A stretch of DNA of 64,000 bases from Acidobacteriota bacterium (GTDB lineage Bacteria > Acidobacteriota > UBA890 > WLXD01): assembly GCA_963666215.2 (NCBI GenBank), contig CAXWPL010000003.1:1-64000 (forward strand), given 5' to 3'. A program made the position numbers and the translations under genes. The notes under the pieces were generated by a model that worked only from the letters and a program-made list of their open reading frames with translations, did no database searches and was not told the DNA's origin. Shown here piece by piece: positions 1 to 9,300 of the stretch. Each line of letters opens with the position of its first letter. Position 1 is the first letter of the stretch.

Positions 1-154
1 CGCTGGTGTCCTCGAAGTCGAAGCGACTCAGGTCGAAGCGGTTCAAGTCGTTGCCCGACCGTTCTCGCAGCTGGATCGGGGCGTCGTTGTGCCCCTCGAT
101 GAACGGAGACTCGGCCAGCAGTCGAAGAACACGTTGTCGAACGTCGTCACTCAT
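1..154 (-). CDS. Membrane dipeptidase (peptidase M19), N-terminal part; runs off the window edge
   Basis: Not in the ORF track. Manual translation from ATG at 154 with GGAGG RBS gives MSDDVRQRVLRLLAESPFIEGHNDAPIQLRE, matching the M19 'P-x-I-D/E-G-H-N-D-x-P' metal motif. Lies directly downstream of an APC permease. Confidence 0.8.
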   Translation of the reverse strand, partial: MSDDVRQRVLRLLAESPFIEGHNDAPIQLRERSGNDLNRFDLSRFDFEDTS

Positions 155-159
155 AGTTG

Positions 160-1617
160 TTAGCCTCCAGACCCTTCCAAACGTCGCCGCCGCATCTTGC
201 CGCTGGCGTACAAGCCCACGCCGACGACCGTCAGCGCCGCCACTATCCCGAAGACGGTGATGTAGAAGAACGTCGGGTCGGCGACGCTCTCACTCGGGGT
301 GAGGGCGAACACCAGCGACGCCGCGGTTACTACGAAGCCCGTACCGCCGGCGAAGTAAGCGCCATAGGGCGCGAACGGAGCGCGCTGTACACCTTCCACT
401 GCGAGGTGTCGTTGCATCGCGAGCAGCGCGGCGAACATGTACAGGTACGGGATGAAATAGACGACGATCTCGAGGCTGATGAAAATACGATAGATCTGCT
501 GCGCGGTGCCTCCCATGCTACCGAGGATGATCAATCCCGCCGTCGTGATACCGAGCGTGATCACCGATACGTGCGGGGTAGCGTATTTCGGGTGCAGGGT
601 TCCGAAGGCGGCCGGAAGGTAGCGATCGAGCCCGGCGACGAACGGCACCCGCGCGCCGGTCGCCATCCAGGCGCTCACCGTTCCGAACGACGCAACACAG
701 AGGCAAAGCGCAACCAGTGAGCCCAGCACGCCGCCCATCGTGGCGCCAACCAGCCTCGTTCCGGCAACCCGAGCCGTGTCGGGCAACCCGGTCAGGCCTG
801 TAACCTGATCTGCCGGGAGCACCGTCAGAATCGTCCAGGAAATCAGGATGTACATGCAGAGCACCATCACACCGGCGATGGCGAGTGCGCGGGGGACGTT
901 GCGCTTGGGGTCCTGCACCTCTTCGCTCATCACCGATGCCGCCTCGAGTCCGGCGAACGCGTAAGCGATGGCGGCGAGCAGGATGACGTCGGGGAGGCCG
1001 CCGAAAGTCGGCGTGACGCTGCGCAGCGAGAATTCGGTCGCCGAGCCGTAGTTGACCCACGTGAGGAGGCCCAGCCCCACAACCATCAACCCGGGCACCC
1101 CCATGTTCAGATAACCGCTGGCGTTGTGGAGACGCTTGGCGACGTCGAGACCGAGGACGTTGACCACGACGACAATGGTGAGTCCCGCCAGCGACGCCGC
1201 CATCAGGTACCCGGGACTCTCGGCGAGATACGACCAGCGCGGGATAACGTACGCCGCGTTGCTGGCCGAGAAGATCAGCGCAGCCGGAAAGTAAACGACG
1301 AGGGTGGCCCAGTAGAACCACGCCGTGATGAAGCCATGGAAGTCGCCGAAGGCGCGCTGCACCCATATATAGATACCGCCCTCGTCTGGGTGCCGGGAGG
1401 TGAGCTCGACCGTCGTGAACGCCAGCGGAACGTAGAAGAGGAAGAAGCCGAGCACCCAGAGCACCAGCACGCTCGGACCGTTTTCGGTCGACAGCGCCAC
1501 GATGCGCATCGAAGCAGCGCAGGCGATATAGAAGAGCAGCAGATCGCGGGGCCCCATGACCTTCTTGAGCTTGCTCTTCTCCGCGCGTGCCTGTGCAGCG
1601 ATCGAGTGCTCGGTCAC
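160..1617 (-). CDS. APC family amino acid permease (GadC/PotE-like)
   Basis: About 12 hydrophobic segments; motifs 'ELTSRHPDEGGIYIWVQRAFG', 'AYAFAGLE', 'EEVQDPKRNVPRA', 'LHPKYATP'. Confidence 0.92.
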   Translation of the reverse strand: MTEHSIAAQARAEKSKLKKVMGPRDLLLFYIACAASMRIVALSTENGPSVLVLWVLGFFLFYVPLAFTTVELTSRHPDEGGIYIWVQRAFGDFHGFITAWFYWATLVVYFPAALIFSASNAAYVIPRWSYLAESPGYLMAASLAGLTIVVVVNVLGLDVAKRLHNASGYLNMGVPGLMVVGLGLLTWVNYGSATEFSLRSVTPTFGGLPDVILLAAIAYAFAGLEAASVMSEEVQDPKRNVPRALAIAGVMVLCMYILISWTILTVLPADQVTGLTGLPDTARVAGTRLVGATMGGVLGSLVALCLCVASFGTVSAWMATGARVPFVAGLDRYLPAAFGTLHPKYATPHVSVITLGITTAGLIILGSMGGTAQQIYRIFISLEIVVYFIPYLYMFAALLAMQRHLAVEGVQRAPFAPYGAYFAGGTGFVVTAASLVFALTPSESVADPTFFYITVFGIVAALTVVGVGLYASGKMRRRRLEGSGG

Positions 1618-1842
1618 CCCGCCCCCTCTTGTCCGCCTGTCCCGCCCGAGTCCCTGAACGGGCTACCCTCGACGTCAGCGTGTGCATCGTAGTGCACGCC
1701 GCCCATGCTTTCTGAAAGCCCCACCCTCGCAGCCTCGCCAATTCGAGGACACTTGCGATCGCCTGAGGAGCGCGTCGAAATCGTGAATCACGCCCTCATG
1801 CACCACTCAACCATTCCAGTCCCCACGTGCTCGATGGCTAGG

Positions 1843-1935
1843 TGTGTTTTCTAAGTAGGTTGTTCACATCGGGGCTCACTTCTGAGATCAATGGGGTTGT
1901 TCAAAAGACTCCACGACCTCAGAAGGAGCACCCGA
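1843..1935 (+). mobile_element. Solo left end (IRL plus leader) of the IS481-family element
   Basis: Identical to 4104-4190 up to 1929, with one mismatch extending to 1935. Preceded by gCTAGg (1837-1842). Ends at the transposase start codon. Confidence 0.95.
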
Positions 1936-2656
1936 ACGACTTCGTGGTTCGCTCGAACGATCTTCACGAGATCCGCGCCTACGACCGCGCTATTCACCTG
2001 GCCAGGGGTGATGTCGTGTGCATTCTTCAAGACGACGACATCCCGCCGCCCGATGGCCGTTGGGTCGACGAGGCGCTGGCGTTGTTCGACGCTCATCCGG
2101 GGCTGGCGATCTTGGAGGGTTTCAAGGACGGTTTTTCGGCGAAGGGAAGGTGCGATTCGGCAGCGACTACGCCTACTCGGACGCCGCCGATCGCATCCCT
2201 CATGTCGACCCGAAAACGGGCATCCCGTTCAGCTTCGTCCACGGCGTGAACATCGGCCCAATCTTCATGAAACGCAACCTGTACTTCGAGCTCGGCGGGT
2301 TCGACTACGGTCTATCGGCCCCTGGAGAACCCGGCATCCACTCTGATTACGAGATTTGCCTCAGGGCATGGCTGCGCGGTTATCACGTCGGCCTGTATTC
2401 AGCGCCCTTCGAACGCCGAGCAGGTGTGCCCGGAACCCTTGTGTATGGGCTCGACGCCCGCGAGCGGAGGGCCGCCCGCAACGAGCAGCGCCTCGAGCAA
2501 ATCTACTGGCACCACCTCCCTGACTATTCCGCGGAGATCGAGAAGCTCAACACGTTGCTCACCACCCTGCCGCACCCTTCGTCCGTGCCTGGCGACTTGG
2601 TGCTGGAGATCGAGCGACGAAGATCGAACAATCGGCCCCGCCCATCGGTGCCATAG
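1930..2656 (+). pseudogene. Glycosyltransferase family 2 (GT-A) remnant, 5'-truncated and frameshifted
   Basis: 'RAIHLARGDVVCILQDDD' (DXD motif) in ORF 1842-2249 continues as 'VNIGPIFMKR..FELGGFD...DYEICLRAWLRGYHVG' in ORF 2018-2656. One G missing near 2113-2115 (ttgga for ttggga). The 5' end is fused to the IS fragment. Confidence 0.8.
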
Positions 2657-2761
2657 CCGCTCGGCGCGGAAGGCGTACCCTCCCTGTCGCCCGGATCGCC
2701 GGTCGCAGGCGAAGCGCCAACTCGAGAACATCTGGGATCGCCCGAGGAGAGCGCCCATATC

Positions 2762-4102
2762 GTGAGCCATTCGCACCCGGCAAGCGCGCGGCACGAGGGG
2801 CTGGTGCGCGTGATCGGGCCCGGCGCGCTTGGCCTGAGCGTTGTGAACATGGTGGTCGGCGCGGGCATCTTCGTCCTGCCTGGCCGCATCGCCGCAGAGC
2901 TCGGGCCCGCCGCGATTGTCGCCTACGTCATCTGTTCGGTTGCCGTGGCGCTGGTTTTCCTGTGCTTTGCGGAGGTCGGCAGCCGCATCACCCGCAGCGG
3001 CGGTGCCTACGCTTACATCGAAGAGGCGTTCGGACCGTTTGCCGGATTCATCGCGTCGGTGTTGTTTTGGTTCGGCTATTCGGCGCTGTCGGATGCCGCC
3101 ATCACCGTCGCCATGGTCGAAGTCATGGCTATCGCGTTCCCCGTGCTCGGCGCGAGCATTCCCCGTGGCGTGTTCATCATCGCCCTCTTCACGTTCATGA
3201 CGGTCGTGAACATCCGCGGGGTCACGTCAGGAGTACGGCTGTACGTCTTCAACACGCTCGCCAAGCTGATTCCTCTGCTGCTGTTGTTGATCGCCGGACT
3301 GTTCGTCATCAACCTGGAGAATCTCGCGATTCCGGAATGGCCTTCCGCACGCGACATTGGGGCAGGCGCCATCATGCTGTTCTTTGCCTTCAGCGGGGCG
3401 GAATGTGCGCTGAACGCCAGTGGAGAGATCAGAAAGCCATCGCGAACCGTGCCGCTGGGGCTAGCGATGGGAATTGGCGGTCTTCTGATCCTCTACATCG
3501 GGCTGCAAACGGTGGCGCAGGGCGTGCTCGGGCCCGAGCTCGCGAACCAGACCGAGGCGCCGCTGGCGGCTGCTGCGGTCGAAGTGTTCGGCGGCTGGGG
3601 AGGCAGGATGCTGCTCGCCGGCGTTGTGATCTCGATTTATGGCGCGGTCAGCGGAGACATGCTGGGCGCCCCGAGGGTGATCTTCGCATCGGCGCTCGAC
3701 GACAACCTGCCGAGGTTCCTGTCGAAGGTGCACCCGAAGTACAAGACGCCGCATGTGGCGGTGATCTTCTTCGCGGCCGTGGTATGCGCCTTCGCGCTGA
3801 GCGGCACGTTCCGCTACCTGGCCGTGTTCGCAACCGGGTCGCTGCTGCTCATCGACCTCGGCGTCGTGCTCGCCGTGTTGCGCCTGCGCCGCCGTGACGG
3901 CCCGCCCGGAGCCGGAGAGTTCCGACTGCCATTCGGGCCCCTCATTCCGTTGCTGAGCTGCCTGATCGTCGGCTGGCTGCTCCTGCAAGTGCCCGCCAAC
4001 GAGGCCATGAGCATCGCCGGGCTTGTCGGCGCCTCCGCGGTTGTTTACGCCATCCGATCTGGGGTTCGTGCGTCACGGAGCGGCAGCAAGCCGGCTGCCT
4101 AG
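2762..4102 (+). CDS. APC family amino acid permease
   Basis: 'VVGAGIFVLPG', 'SGGAYAYIEEAFG', 'FAFSGAE', 'VHPKYKTP', multiple TM segments. Its TAG stop (4100-4102) is the CTAG target of the IS. Confidence 0.93.
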   Translation: MSHSHPASARHEGLVRVIGPGALGLSVVNMVVGAGIFVLPGRIAAELGPAAIVAYVICSVAVALVFLCFAEVGSRITRSGGAYAYIEEAFGPFAGFIASVLFWFGYSALSDAAITVAMVEVMAIAFPVLGASIPRGVFIIALFTFMTVVNIRGVTSGVRLYVFNTLAKLIPLLLLLIAGLFVINLENLAIPEWPSARDIGAGAIMLFFAFSGAECALNASGEIRKPSRTVPLGLAMGIGGLLILYIGLQTVAQGVLGPELANQTEAPLAAAAVEVFGGWGGRMLLAGVVISIYGAVSGDMLGAPRVIFASALDDNLPRFLSKVHPKYKTPHVAVIFFAAVVCAFALSGTFRYLAVFATGSLLLIDLGVVLAVLRLRRRDGPPGAGEFRLPFGPLIPLLSCLIVGWLLLQVPANEAMSIAGLVGASAVVYAIRSGVRASRSGSKPAA

Positions 4103-4127
4103 TTGTGTTTTCTAAGTAGGTTGTTCA

Positions 4128-4198
4128 CATCGGGGCTCACTTCTGAGATCAATGGGGTTGTTCAAAAGACTCCACGACCTCAGAAGGAGCGCCCGATG
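4128..4198 (+). promoter_or_regulatory. Long imperfect hairpin sequestering the transposase RBS and ATG
   Basis: 5' arm CATCGGGGCTCACTTCTGAGATCAATGGGGTT pairs with 3' arm GACTCCACGACCTCAGAAGGAGCGCCCGATG. Same sequence in the other copies (26401-26471, 36896-36966) and almost complete in the solo end (1867-1935). Confidence 0.75.
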
Positions 4199-5149
4199 CA
4201 GCTGCATGGTAACGCCCGCACGACGCCGTATATACGCCGAGAGATGGTCCGCCGAGTCCGGGAGCGGGCGGAGCCCGTGACGGAAACGGCGGCGGCGCTC
4301 GGCGTGTCGGCTCGAACGGTTTACAAGTGGCTGGATAGATACGAGCGAGAAGGTGAGGCCGAGCTGCTCGATCGATCAAGCCGGCCGACGTGCTGTCCGC
4401 ACGCAACAAGCGCTGGAGTTGTGAGGCAGATCGACAAGCTACGTCGGCGGCGACTGACGGCCTGGCAGATCAGCCGAAGGTTGGCTGTGCCGCGCTCGAC
4501 CGTCTCGGCGTGGCTGAAGCGGCTCGGACTCGCCAAGCTTGATGCGCTCGAGCCCAAGCCCGAGATCGTTCGCTACGAGTACGAGCACCCCGGTGACCTA
4601 CTGCACCTGGATACGAAGAAACTGGCCCGTATCCGGCGACCTGGACACCGCATCCACGGCGACCGCTCCAAGCGGGCCTACGGCGTCGGCTGGGAGAACG
4701 CCCACGTCGCTATCGACGATCACTCTCGGGTGGCGTACGTCGAAGTGCTGCCCGCCGAAGACCAACACACCTGCACAGCGTTCCTGCAGCGAGCCGTCGA
4801 GCACTTCGCTTCGATGGGAGTAGCGGTGCGCCGAGTGATGGCAGACAACGGGCCTGGCTACGTCTCGAAGCGCTTCAATCGCCTATGCCATCAACTCGAG
4901 ATCCGGCACATTTACACCCGGCCCTACACCCCCAGAACCAACGGCAAAGCCGAACGCTTCATCCGCACACTCGCCGAACGCTTCATCCGCACACTCAAGG
5001 AGCAGTGGGCCTACGGCACCTGCTACCAGACCTCAGCTCGACGTACTCGAGCTCTACGGCCCTGGCTCAACCACTACAATCGTCACCGTCCCCACGCCGG
5101 CATCGGCATGACACCGCCGATCGCTCGGCTCTCAGGGGTGAGTTCGTGA
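4196..5149 (+). CDS. IS481-family DDE transposase (copy 1, with AERFIRTL duplicated)
   Basis: Start MQLHGNARTTP after AGAAGGAG RBS; HTH; 'PGDLLHLDTKKL', 'IDDHSR', 'MADNG', 'YTPRTNGKAERF', 'YNRHRPH'. Confidence 0.95.
   Translation: MQLHGNARTTPYIRREMVRRVRERAEPVTETAAALGVSARTVYKWLDRYEREGEAELLDRSSRPTCCPHATSAGVVRQIDKLRRRRLTAWQISRRLAVPRSTVSAWLKRLGLAKLDALEPKPEIVRYEYEHPGDLLHLDTKKLARIRRPGHRIHGDRSKRAYGVGWENAHVAIDDHSRVAYVEVLPAEDQHTCTAFLQRAVEHFASMGVAVRRVMADNGPGYVSKRFNRLCHQLEIRHIYTRPYTPRTNGKAERFIRTLAERFIRTLKEQWAYGTCYQTSARRTRALRPWLNHYNRHRPHAGIGMTPPIARLSGVSS
4949..4996 (+). repeat. Perfect 24-bp tandem duplication inside the copy 1 transposase
   Basis: GCCGAACGCTTCATCCGCACACTC x2; single copy in the other two elements. 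Confidence 0.97.
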
Positions 5150-5190
5150 ACAACCTACCTAGAACTCACACCTAGCCGCCGAGACTGTCT

Positions 5191-5216
5191 GCGAGCGCGA
5201 TGAGCCGGTCGCTCGC
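5191..5216. terminator. Stem-loop between convergent genes (possible terminator)
   Basis: GCGAGCG-N12-CGCTCGC between the permease/IS and the cyclodeaminase 3' end; no U-tract. Confidence 0.35.
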
Positions 5217-5218
5217 GG

Positions 5219-6196
5219 TCAGGAGTCGATAGCCCTCCCGAAGCCTTTCCCCTTGGCGGCGGCCAGTGTGGCGCTCGCGATGGCGGCGTCTTGGGCCCCC
5301 ACGCCGGTCAGATCGGCGATCGTGATCTGCTCGTCGGTCTCGCGGCCAGGCGCCTCGCCCGCCACGATAGATCCGAGCTCAACGCACGCATCGGCGCGAA
5401 GCCGGCCAGCGTCGACGGCGTGGTGAATCTCGCCGAGCTCGACGCACTGGGCCAAGCGATCCGCCACCACGAGATCGGCGCGATGCAACAGCTCGACGTC
5501 AAGCTCCTGCTTGTCCGGCCCATCGGACCCGACTGCGGTGATGTGCGTACCGGGCTCGATCCACTCGGCGCGTACCAAGGGCTCGCGGGCGACGGTTACC
5601 GTGAGCACCACATTTGCTCCCTGAAGCGCGTCCTCGATCCGCTCCACCGCTTCCACGGGGACGCCGAGCTCGGCGGTCATCTCGGCGGCGCACTGCCGGG
5701 CTCGTTCCGGGTGCCTGTTCCAGATGGACACGCCAGGGATGGTGCGTACCTGGGCCAGCCCGCGGAGCTGCATTCGCGCCTGCATGCCGGCGCCGATCAC
5801 GGCAACTCGGCGAACCTCTTTCGGTGCCAGATACCGCGCCACGACGCCCCCCGCGCCTCCGGTTCGCAGGTCGCTGAGGTAGCCATTGTCCAGCAGCAAG
5901 CCGGCAACCTGGCCGTTGTTCGCATCGAAGACGAGCACCACACCGTTGGCCATGGGCAACCCGATTTGCGGATTGCGGTAGAACCCGCTCACGAGCTTGA
6001 ACGCGAAGTGCTCGGCGCCGTGAATATGCGCTCCCTTCACATGGATCTCGGCGTCGACAGCAGGGATCTCGAGGCCGATCGGCGGCGGCTGTGTGACCGC
6101 ACCGCGCCCCAGCGCCTCGAACGCACTCTCAACAGCATCAACGGTGACCGCCATGTCGACGCTGTCGCGAATCTCCTGTTCCGTTAGCAGAAACAT
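5219..6196 (-). CDS. Ornithine cyclodeaminase / mu-crystallin family protein
   Basis: Probable start MFLLTEQEI at 6196 after GGAG; 'LRTGGAGGV', 'VIGAGMQA', 'HITAVGSDGPDKQELD', 'DLTGVGAQDAAIA'. Confidence 0.9.
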   Translation of the reverse strand: MFLLTEQEIRDSVDMAVTVDAVESAFEALGRGAVTQPPPIGLEIPAVDAEIHVKGAHIHGAEHFAFKLVSGFYRNPQIGLPMANGVVLVFDANNGQVAGLLLDNGYLSDLRTGGAGGVVARYLAPKEVRRVAVIGAGMQARMQLRGLAQVRTIPGVSIWNRHPERARQCAAEMTAELGVPVEAVERIEDALQGANVVLTVTVAREPLVRAEWIEPGTHITAVGSDGPDKQELDVELLHRADLVVADRLAQCVELGEIHHAVDAGRLRADACVELGSIVAGEAPGRETDEQITIADLTGVGAQDAAIASATLAAAKGKGFGRAIDS

Positions 6197-6335
6197 GGTC
6201 ACGGAATATGGCTCCTTGGGTACCACCGCGTTCTCAGTTTGGGTGAGGGCTCCCATCCTAGCGGGAAACAACGGCGAAAGTTGAAGCGCCTCCGTACCAG
6301 GCCAGCACCGTCATGAAATGCCCTGCCGCGCGAGC

Positions 6336-9300
6336 TCAGCGGCGCGAATACGGCAGCTCGTAGCGCAGCACCGGCAGGTCGACGCTTTCCATCAAACGGT
6401 TCAATGGTACGAGCTGATCTTCCAAGATGATGTCGAGGCGCGTCTGCAGATCGTCGAGCTCGGCCGCCAGCTCATCGAAAACCCGCTGGTAGGCCTCGGT
6501 CGGCCGCGCGTCTCCCCGCTGGAGCGCGTTCAACAGGCCGCTGAGCCGGTTGTTGAGGCGAATCGGAAAGGCCAGGCGGTCGCGGGATACGACCATCAGG
6601 GGTTGATAGATGGTGTCCTTGATCGCGACGAGATCGGGAGTCAATTGGCCCGCGGCCGCGGCAATTTGGCCGGCAACGTCGGGCCCGACATCGGCCTCTG
6701 CGAGCTGCTGCTCGGTGCCCGCCATCTGCGCCTCGAGGTCGCGGATCATCAGAACCATCTCGTTGGCGATTGTCGTTTCGTCGCGGATTCGAAGCGCGAG
6801 CTCGAACCGGGCCCGCAGGTCGGCAGCCGTGACCTCGTGGTGACGCGGGTCGATGAGTATCTCGAAACGCCGCGTGAACGTCCGGCCGTCGATGTTCACC
6901 CAAGCCTCGTACTCGCCGGGCGGCGCCAGCGGCCCACGCGGCCGACCGCCTTCCAGGACGATCCCATTCCAAACCGTCGGCGGCTCGTAGCGCCCGCCCC
7001 AGGTGACCCGGTTCATCCCTGACTCGGAGGGGCCTTCGACGAACGCCCGGGCGCGGCGCCCGTTGGTGTCGAAGATCTCGACCGTCACCTCGCGGGCCGG
7101 GCGCCCCAGGTAGTAGTCGATGCGCACCGGCGTTACGGACGTGACCTCGTCGGCGGGGTCGAACACGTGCGCATCCGAGCTCTCGACTTCGGGTGTTAGC
7201 TGGCGCAGCACCGAGATGTTGTCGAGCACCCAGAAGGAACGGCCGTGGGTGGCCGCTACCAGGTCGTTGCCGTTGATCTCCAGGTCGGAAACCTGGACGT
7301 CCGGCAGGTTGAGCCCCAGCGGTTGCCACGCCGCGCCGTCGTCGAACGAAACATGGACGCCGTGCTCGGTGCCACAGAACAGCAGGCCGCGGCGGGAGGG
7401 ATCTGCGCGGATGACGTGGGTGAAATCGTCAGCGGCGATGCCGTCGTCGATGCGTACCCAGGTGGCGCCGTAGTCGTTGCTCTTCCACAGATAGGGCCGT
7501 CGGTCGGCCATTTCATACCGCTTACCTGCCACATATGCCGTGGCGGGATCATGTGGAGAAGCATCGATCGCGCTGACGCGCGTGTCCTTGGGCATGTCGG
7601 GCGGCGTGACGTTGCTCCACGAATCGCCGCCATTGCGGGTGACGTGCACCAACCCGTCGTCCGATCCCACCCAAACGGTGTCGGCGTCGAGGCGCGACGG
7701 CGCGATTGCGAACACCGTGCCGTAGACCTCCGGGCCGTCCTGGTCGGTGCGAATCGGCCCACCGGTTTCCTGCAGTGTCTGGGGATCGGCGTAGGTGAGA
7801 TCGGGGCTGATCTTCGCCCAGCTCTCGCCGAAGTCTTCGCTGCGCCAGAGGTGCTGCGAGCCAACGTAGAGCGCGTGTGGCGGTACGGGAGAAAACGTCA
7901 GCGGGACCAGCCAGTTCCAGCGCTCGCGATGCTCCGCGGCCGGGGATCCCATCTCCATCCGTGGATATGGACCGAACAGAACGGTCTGACCGGTGCGGCG
8001 GTCGAACTTGGTGACCACGTACTGCATGCTGGAGAAGAAGATGTCCGGATCGGTGGGATGGGGCGCAATGTCGCTGTTTTCGCCGCCGCCGACGGCATAC
8101 ATGGCGGGCACCGGGCCCAGCGAAAACCCCGTACGCGGCGCCGAGCCCCGCGACGGAACGGCGATGGTGGAATTGTCCTGCTGAGCGCCCGTCACGTGGT
8201 AGGGAAAGTCGGTGGTGGTCGCGACCCGGTAGATCTGCGCCGTCGGCACATTCTGGCTCGACCAGCTTTGCCCACCGTTCGTCGTGATCGTCGGGCCGCC
8301 GTCGTTGCCGATGATCATGCGGTCGGGATCACCAGGGTCGATCCAGATGTCGTGTTGATCCGAGTGTGCCGTGCGGATTCCCTGATAGGTGGCACCGCTG
8401 TCGGTCGAGCTCCACAGGCCCGCCGACAGAACGAACAGCGCGTCGCGCTCGCGAGGATGGGCACCGAGCCGCATGAAATAGAAGGGCCGCTGCCAGATCT
8501 CCCGATTCCCTGCGGCGTGGGTCCACGTGGAGCCGCCGTCGTTCGATCGATACAGCCCGCCGTGCTCGTGCTCGATCAGCAGGTAGAGGCGACCGGAATC
8601 GGCGGGCGACACGGTAACGCCCATCTTGCCGAGCGGACCCAAGGCCGGAAGCCCCGGATTGCGCGTCAGCTCCGACCAGGTGGCGCCGCCGTCGGTCGTT
8701 TTGTACAGCGCCGAGTCGGGGCCGCCGCTCCATAGCCGATAGGGACGCCGATAGACCTGCCACATCGTCGCGTACAGCGTTTCTGGATCGTTCGGATCCA
8801 TCGCCAGGTCAATCGCGCCCGCCTTTTCGCTCTTGAAAAGGACGCGGATCCAGGTGCGCCCCCCGTCCGACGTCTTGTAGACGCCGCGTTCGGGCGTGTC
8901 TCTGTAGGGATCGCCCAGAACGGCAGCGAAGACGGTGTCGGGGTCGTCAGGATGGATCCGAATACGCGGGATGACCCGGCTGTGGCGAAGCCCGGCGTGC
9001 GACCAGGTAATTCCGCCGTCGGTCGATTTGTAGATGCCATCGCCCTGCATCACGTTGCCTCGTAGCTGGCCCTCTCCCGTCCCCATCCAAACGACGTCGG
9101 GGTCGGATTCGGCGACGGCGACAGAGCCCACCGAGGAGCTACCGATCTGGCCATCGGTCACCGGCGCCCAGGTGATGCCGCCGTCGGTGGTCTTCCAAAG
9201 TCCGCCCCCGGTGGCGCCGAAGTAATACTCGAGAGGACGCCCTGGATGGCCGGCGACCGCGATCGAGCGGCCGCCGCGATCGGGGCCGATGTTGCGCCAG

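Larger units (their letters stand above)
4104..5170 (+). mobile_element. IS481-family insertion sequence, copy 1 (1067 bp = 1043 + 24-bp internal duplication)
   Basis: TGT...ACA ends; 25-bp IRs TGTGTTTTCTAAGTAGGTTGTTCAC / TGTGAGTTCTAGGTAGGTTGTTCAC (3 mismatches); flanks CCTAGT (4098-4103) and CCTAGC (5171-5176). Confidence 0.97.

Noticed and set aside
4103-4195. 31-aa N-terminal extension (MCFLSRLF...) of the transposase ORFs
   Set aside because: It starts on a TTG/GTG that spans the IS boundary and has no RBS; the real start is the ATG after AGAAGGAG.
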